In this document: positions 60,055 through 64,000 of the stretch, piece by piece
Layout of the letters: every line of letters starts with the position of its first letter
Numbering within the stretch: position 1 is the stretch's first letter
Origin: Oopsacas minuta
Taxonomy: Eukaryota; Animalia; Porifera
Length of the DNA stretch: 64,000 bases
Assembly: GCA_024704765.1 (NCBI GenBank)
Contig: JAKMXF010000297.1
Location: 426,921 to 490,920, forward strand
Direction: 5' to 3'
Made by a program: the position numbers and the translations under genes
Notes under the pieces: model-generated
What the model was told of the DNA's origin: nothing
Database searches by the model: none
The model's input: the letters and a program-made list of their open reading frames with translations, nothing else

Positions 60055-61861
60055 TTAGTTCTTACTTCCTCCAAGCTTGTAAGTCAACTGCTTATCAGAA
60101 GGTAATGTCCACTTGACCAGATGTTCAACCAATTCAGGATTCTTCTGCAACCACATCTCAAACTCATTTGGTGATAGCTTATTCGTTCTGCTGACGTCAC
60201 ACTCATGGAATGCTTGTTCTACTATCCGAGTTACTATGTCAGAAATAGCTCCTTCATTCAGTAGTGCAGAATTCTAAAAAAAGTACAGATAGATCTGTCA
60301 GTTAATAATCTAAATAGATTAGGTAGACGGAACTTCTGTCGCCCATAATTCTAACCTGGAAAATATATTAGTGATAGCTATTAGGGCTTTCATCGCAAGG
60401 GGAGTTAGTCAAGATTCCGGCGCCGGAACATATTTTGGCCAGGGTGGGTGCAAAACATTTGAACCTCAAATAGATATCATGAAATTGTAAATAATATAAA
60501 GTAATATGTCCAAAATTTTCAGGAACATAACCCCCACGAACGCAGCGGGATTCCTGTACGTGATTGACTGCATTTATATACTTATTGGTCTAAATCATCG
60601 AGGGTAGGTACCCAGCCTCCACCCCTAGTTTTGGCACACCTGAATTCGGGAAACAAGCCTAATATTCGTTGAAAATTCAGAAAATCTGCCGATCTCATTC
60701 ACAGTAGAATTCGGATAAGATGTACCACCTTGTCTAACAAAATATTAGTACGTACAGTCACTACAGTGCTACCAAGTGTGACAATGGAATTTCCTGGAGA
60801 TTAAATTTCTCAAGTATCTGATTTGTTAGGTAAAAGTTGTAAAAGTTGAAAACTTTTAATCACCTAGATATAAGCTTTATATGAGACAGCGTAGGGAAAT
60901 CGTGAGAGAGCATTAGTTTTAATCGTGCTTGAAACAGTTAATGTTAAATCTAACATTATCCAAGATGAATTTAGAAGATTACAAATGGTTTGTCGGACTA
61001 TACATGTGAATTTGTATTGTTTGACTCTATTTCAGAACAGAAACACTGTCAATTTAAAGAGGTCTTCTGGATTATACTGGTGTCGGTTTATGCAGGTTCC
61101 ACTGTATTTCCTAAATAATAACCAAGAATGCAGGCGTAATAATAGGTAGAGATGAAACTTCATACGTAGTCTACGTAAATTTATGGAGACTTGGAAGCAC
61201 TGGTACGTATTAAACGGGTGAAAGCCTTATCCGAATAGGCAAGGGCGTAGCTAGCATTGAGGCAGAAGAGACAACTGCCTCCTCGCTCTGTGATTTCTTG
61301 TTATGCCAAAAAGGGATTGATTATAATGAATGAGAATTAATTTTTGGTTTGTAAAAAGTAGTACGTATTAACCAAGGGTACGTCTATCCGATAACTGTAA
61401 CACATTTATAGTAGTTACCAGGCAGATTGTACCTGCATCTTTCCACAGCCCTTCAGTACAAGCTGTGTAGAAGATAGAATTATATTCAGCATAGTACTAA
61501 GTTCGTTCCTATCAATACCATCTCCACCTGATATATTGAACATAGAGAATAGCAGCTGACATTTCTCATGAAAAGAGCCATGTAATAACATTGCTACTCC
61601 AGAAACGAATTCTTCAAAATCTATAGTGTTAGTTTTCTTACAGTCTAGAGCTTGGAAGAGGCGCTCCCCCAGTAATAACGGTAACTTAAAATATTCACTG
61701 AAAGCTTCAAGGTTCAACACTTGTCCACCATGACCTGCCTTCGCATGTAACTCTTTAAATGAAGCACTAACAGCGGCAACCTCAAGTAAAGACAGTTGAG
61801 AGATTAGTTCTGCGTAATCTCCCTCCCCTGGATTTGTTTCTGAGCTCTCTGTTTGGCCCAT
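60055..61861 (-). CDS. N-myristoylated EF-hand Ca2+ sensor (calcineurin-B/NCS/calaxin-like), 2 exons, 215 aa if stand-alone, or N-terminus of an EF-hand-TRAPPC12 fusion
   Basis: Exon 61861-61433 (MGQTES myristoylation consensus; EF loops DCKKTNTIDFEE and NISGGDGIDRNE). Exon from 60273 (EF loop DVSRTNKLSPNE) ends either at TAA 60057-60055 or at donor GGAA|GTAAGA (60066/60065). Confidence 0.8.
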
Positions 61862-62377
61862 CCCACTTGTCAAGAATATGTCTGTCAGGGAACTGTCTAA
61901 TCAGTGGATTATTCAATCTGAGCCTGTAAAACCACAAGAAAAGCGAAATTGTTAACAAATAGGGAACCCTCATTATTCATACGGAATATGTACACATTGC
62001 ACAGATCAATCGCTACGCTGAATTAAATTTAAGATTAGAATGAAAGTAATCATACTGTAGTACTTGAAAAGGTTTTACGTATAAAAGAGTGTCCTAAACA
62101 CCTAAACACAGGAATAGTTAAAATATTAATGGCAGTACCACTTTTGAAATTGTGCGCCAGTGCTTTCCATGATTACGTAACGCAGAATATACCCATTATC
62201 CTAGAAGTGACATTATTAAAGTTTAAACAGTCCATTTAATGTGAGAAAGCATCAAGTTTTGTTGATTGTTATGGAGAGTATTATCTAAAGCATAAATTCA
62301 CCTAAGAAACTAACATTCAACATCCAAATCATAAATTCATAATGCTATCCCAGATGACATAAGGCTGAGACAGAATG

Positions 62378-62416
62378 AAGCGCTGGGGATCGGCCCTGAG
62401 GGCGGGTCCCGCGCTT
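62378..62416 (-). other. GC-rich long hairpin in ABCE1 3' UTR
   Basis: AAGCGC-GGGA-CCC-GCCC-tca-GGGC-CGA-TCCC-CA-GCGCTT, 17 nt after the TAA. 29 of 39 nt are G/C. Confidence 0.7.
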
Positions 62417-62433
62417 ATACAAACACCCAACGG

Positions 62434-63999
62434 TTAGGAGTCAATGAAGAAATAATTCCCACTGGCTTTCTGCTCGGAATCTTTAACTGAATGGAGCTTG
62501 TTAATCCTAGGACGATGATTGCTAGGATCACGTCGGAATGTTATCTCAAGAGATTTGAGGAATTTATTAATCCCTGTCAGCAGAATCTGAGGACTAGTAG
62601 CTAGCGTTTTAACAGAAGGAATACCTTCAAACACGATAACACGATCAGCGAGATAGGTAGCCATTATGAAGTCATGTTCTACTATAAATGCAGTCTTCTT
62701 TGCGTGAAGAATAAATCGTTTTATAACTTTAGAAGCAATCAGCCGCTGCTCAGAGTCCAAATAAGCAGACGGTTCATCTATTAGATAAATATCAGCTGGT
62801 TTTCCTAGACATAGAGTAATAGCAACTCTCTGTAGCTCTCCTCCTGATAAATGCTTCACTGATTGATCATACAAGTTCTCCATGTTGAGAGGTTTAATGA
62901 CGTCACTAATGAATTGTGGGTGTATGTATGCATCTCTGATCTTAGAATGAAACAGCTGTTGTACACTCCCATCAAATGAAGGAGATATCTTCTGAGGCTT
63001 ATAGCTTATGTTAAGTTGTGGAATCTCTATCCCACTCTCTGGAGGAGTGAGGCCAGCTAGCATTCTGATGAAAGTAGTCTTACCAGTGCCATTCTCTCCC
63101 AATAACACGATTATTTCAGAGTCCGTAAACTCTCCCTCCACAACGGATAATGAGAACTCACCCAGGTTCTTATCCATGTTAGGGTAACCATAACGTCTAA
63201 TACGCTTAACCTCCTCACTCTCAGTCGTCTCTGCTACTTTGAAAACAAGATTAGTGGGACGAAAACGTAGATTTTCGGTAGGAATGAATCCGTCCAGGAA
63301 AATATTGATCCCTTCCCGTACCCCAGCTGGGAGTGTCACTACTCCATACACCCCTGGTACCCCATACAGACAACAGATAAAGTCAGAGAGGTAGTCTAAT
63401 ACAGAGAGATCATGCTCTACTACAACTACGTAGTTCTCAGGAGATAAAAGTTTACGAATAGCTTGAGCTGCATTTAATCGTTGTTTGACATCTAAGAAGG
63501 AGGAAGGTTCATCAAACATGAAAACATCAGCTTGTTGTAGACAGGCTAATGCACAAGCAAATCTCTGTAGCTCTCCTCCTGACAACTCAGAGATATCTCT
63601 ACCTCTTAAGTTCCCAAGTTCAAACATTTCTACGTATCTGTCTTGCTCCTTCTTTTCGTCCTTCTTGTCCAGTAACTGCTGGACAGATCCCTTCACAGCT
63701 TTAGGGATCTGATCAACAGATTGAGGCTTGATCACAGCTTTCACTTTGTCTTCCAGTACTCGCATGAAATAGCTCTGTAGCTCAGAGCCCCTAAAGTGTA
63801 TGAGTATGTCTTTCCAGTCAGGAGGCTGGTCCCACCTGCCTAGATTCGGTTTCAGCTTTCCAGCTAGGATCTTAAGTGCAGTAGATTTACCTATGCCATT
63901 AGTGCCTACCAGTCCCAGCACCTGACCAGGTCTGGGCATAGGCAGACGATGCAATTTGAATGAGTTAGCACTGTAGCGATGAGTCGTGTCTTTATTCAG
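62434..63999 (-). CDS. ABCE1: ABCE1 (RLI1) ribosome recycling ATPase; 5' end (Fe-S domain) outside window
   Basis: [14 protein letters not shown], Walker [10 protein letters not shown] and GENGTGKTT, two LSGGELQR signatures, [20 protein letters not shown]. More than 1.5 kb without an intron. Confidence 0.98.
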   Translation of the reverse strand: MNKDTTHRYSANSFKLHRLPMPRPGQVLGLVGTNGIGKSTALKILAGKLKPNLGRWDQPPDWKDILIHFRGSELQSYFMRVLEDKVKAVIKPQSVDQIPKAVKGSVQQLLDKKDEKKEQDRYVEMFELGNLRGRDISELSGGELQRFACALACLQQADVFMFDEPSSFLDVKQRLNAAQAIRKLLSPENYVVVVEHDLSVLDYLSDFICCLYGVPGVYGVVTLPAGVREGINIFLDGFIPTENLRFRPTNLVFKVAETTESEEVKRIRRYGYPNMDKNLGEFSLSVVEGEFTDSEIIVLLGENGTGKTTFIRMLAGLTPPESGIEIPQLNISYKPQKISPSFDGSVQQLFHSKIRDAYIHPQFISDVIKPLNMENLYDQSVKHLSGGELQRVAITLCLGKPADIYLIDEPSAYLDSEQRLIASKVIKRFILHAKKTAFIVEHDFIMATYLADRVIVFEGIPSVKTLATSPQILLTGINKFLKSLEITFRRDPSNHRPRINKLHSVKDSEQKASGNYFFIDS

Positions 64000-64000
64000 G

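Noticed and set aside
60055-61861. USP32 or MEAK7/TLDC1 identity for the myristoylated EF-hand gene
   Set aside because: No DUSP, USP or TLDc domain follows; the downstream exons are clearly TRAPPC12.
62378-62416. 3' UTR hairpins as SECIS elements
   Set aside because: No AUGA/GA quartet or apical AA, and neither gene has an in-frame UGA.
1888-62436. Genome-wide reassignment of TAA (ciliate-like code) suggested by the variant eRF1 and the in-frame TAA
   Set aside because: TAA ends COG8, eRF1, TXNDC17 and ABCE1 at the expected C-termini, TGA ends WDR45, MCRS1 and TRAPPC12, and TAG ends PLD3. Long conserved ORFs contain no internal stops.
4260-63712. Antisense shadow ORFs (4260-4601, 14634-14900, 16927-17187, 32268-32555, 34700-35041, 43037-43222, 45317-45592, 49075-49314, 63485-63712 and similar)
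   Set aside because: They mirror real CDSs on the other strand and lack recognisable motifs.
3742-63954. TTG/GTG/CTG starts given by the ORF track (3756, 7507, 16440, 23879, 61873, 63954)
   Set aside because: These are eukaryotic genes; the positions are explained by downstream ATGs, exon boundaries or ORFs continuing upstream.

Overview
AT-rich eukaryotic (animal) genomic DNA. The compact, often intronless housekeeping genes, stand-alone NHL propeller gene and dense short TIR elements and Helitrons resemble a glass-sponge (hexactinellid) type genome, which is inference only. I reconstructed about 17-18 protein-coding genes by hand from GT-AG junctions, 13-14 of them on the minus strand: the 3' end of an unknown gene, WAVE/SCAR (5' part), COG8, two GT32 glycosyltransferases, an NHL protein, a PPxY membrane microprotein, a TPR-SET gene with one in-frame TAA, WDR45/WIPI4, eRF1 (5 exons), TXNDC17, a small Maf-like bZIP, PLD3, MCRS1, a PDZ-PH-PH protein (8 exons), TRAPPC12, a myristoylated EF-hand gene and ABCE1 (partial). 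No tRNA, rRNA or CRISPR array was found. Main oddities: (1) eRF1 is intact but its stop-codon-reading loop is altered (DEFGTASNIKS to [11 protein letters not shown]); (2) GC-rich hairpins lie just 3' of the stop codons of eRF1 and ABCE1 and of no other gene here; (3) the EF-hand gene can splice in frame into TRAPPC12; (4) COG8 is nested on the same strand inside WAVE intron 1; (5) acceptor-like YAG sites precede many ATGs, compatible with SL trans-splicing.
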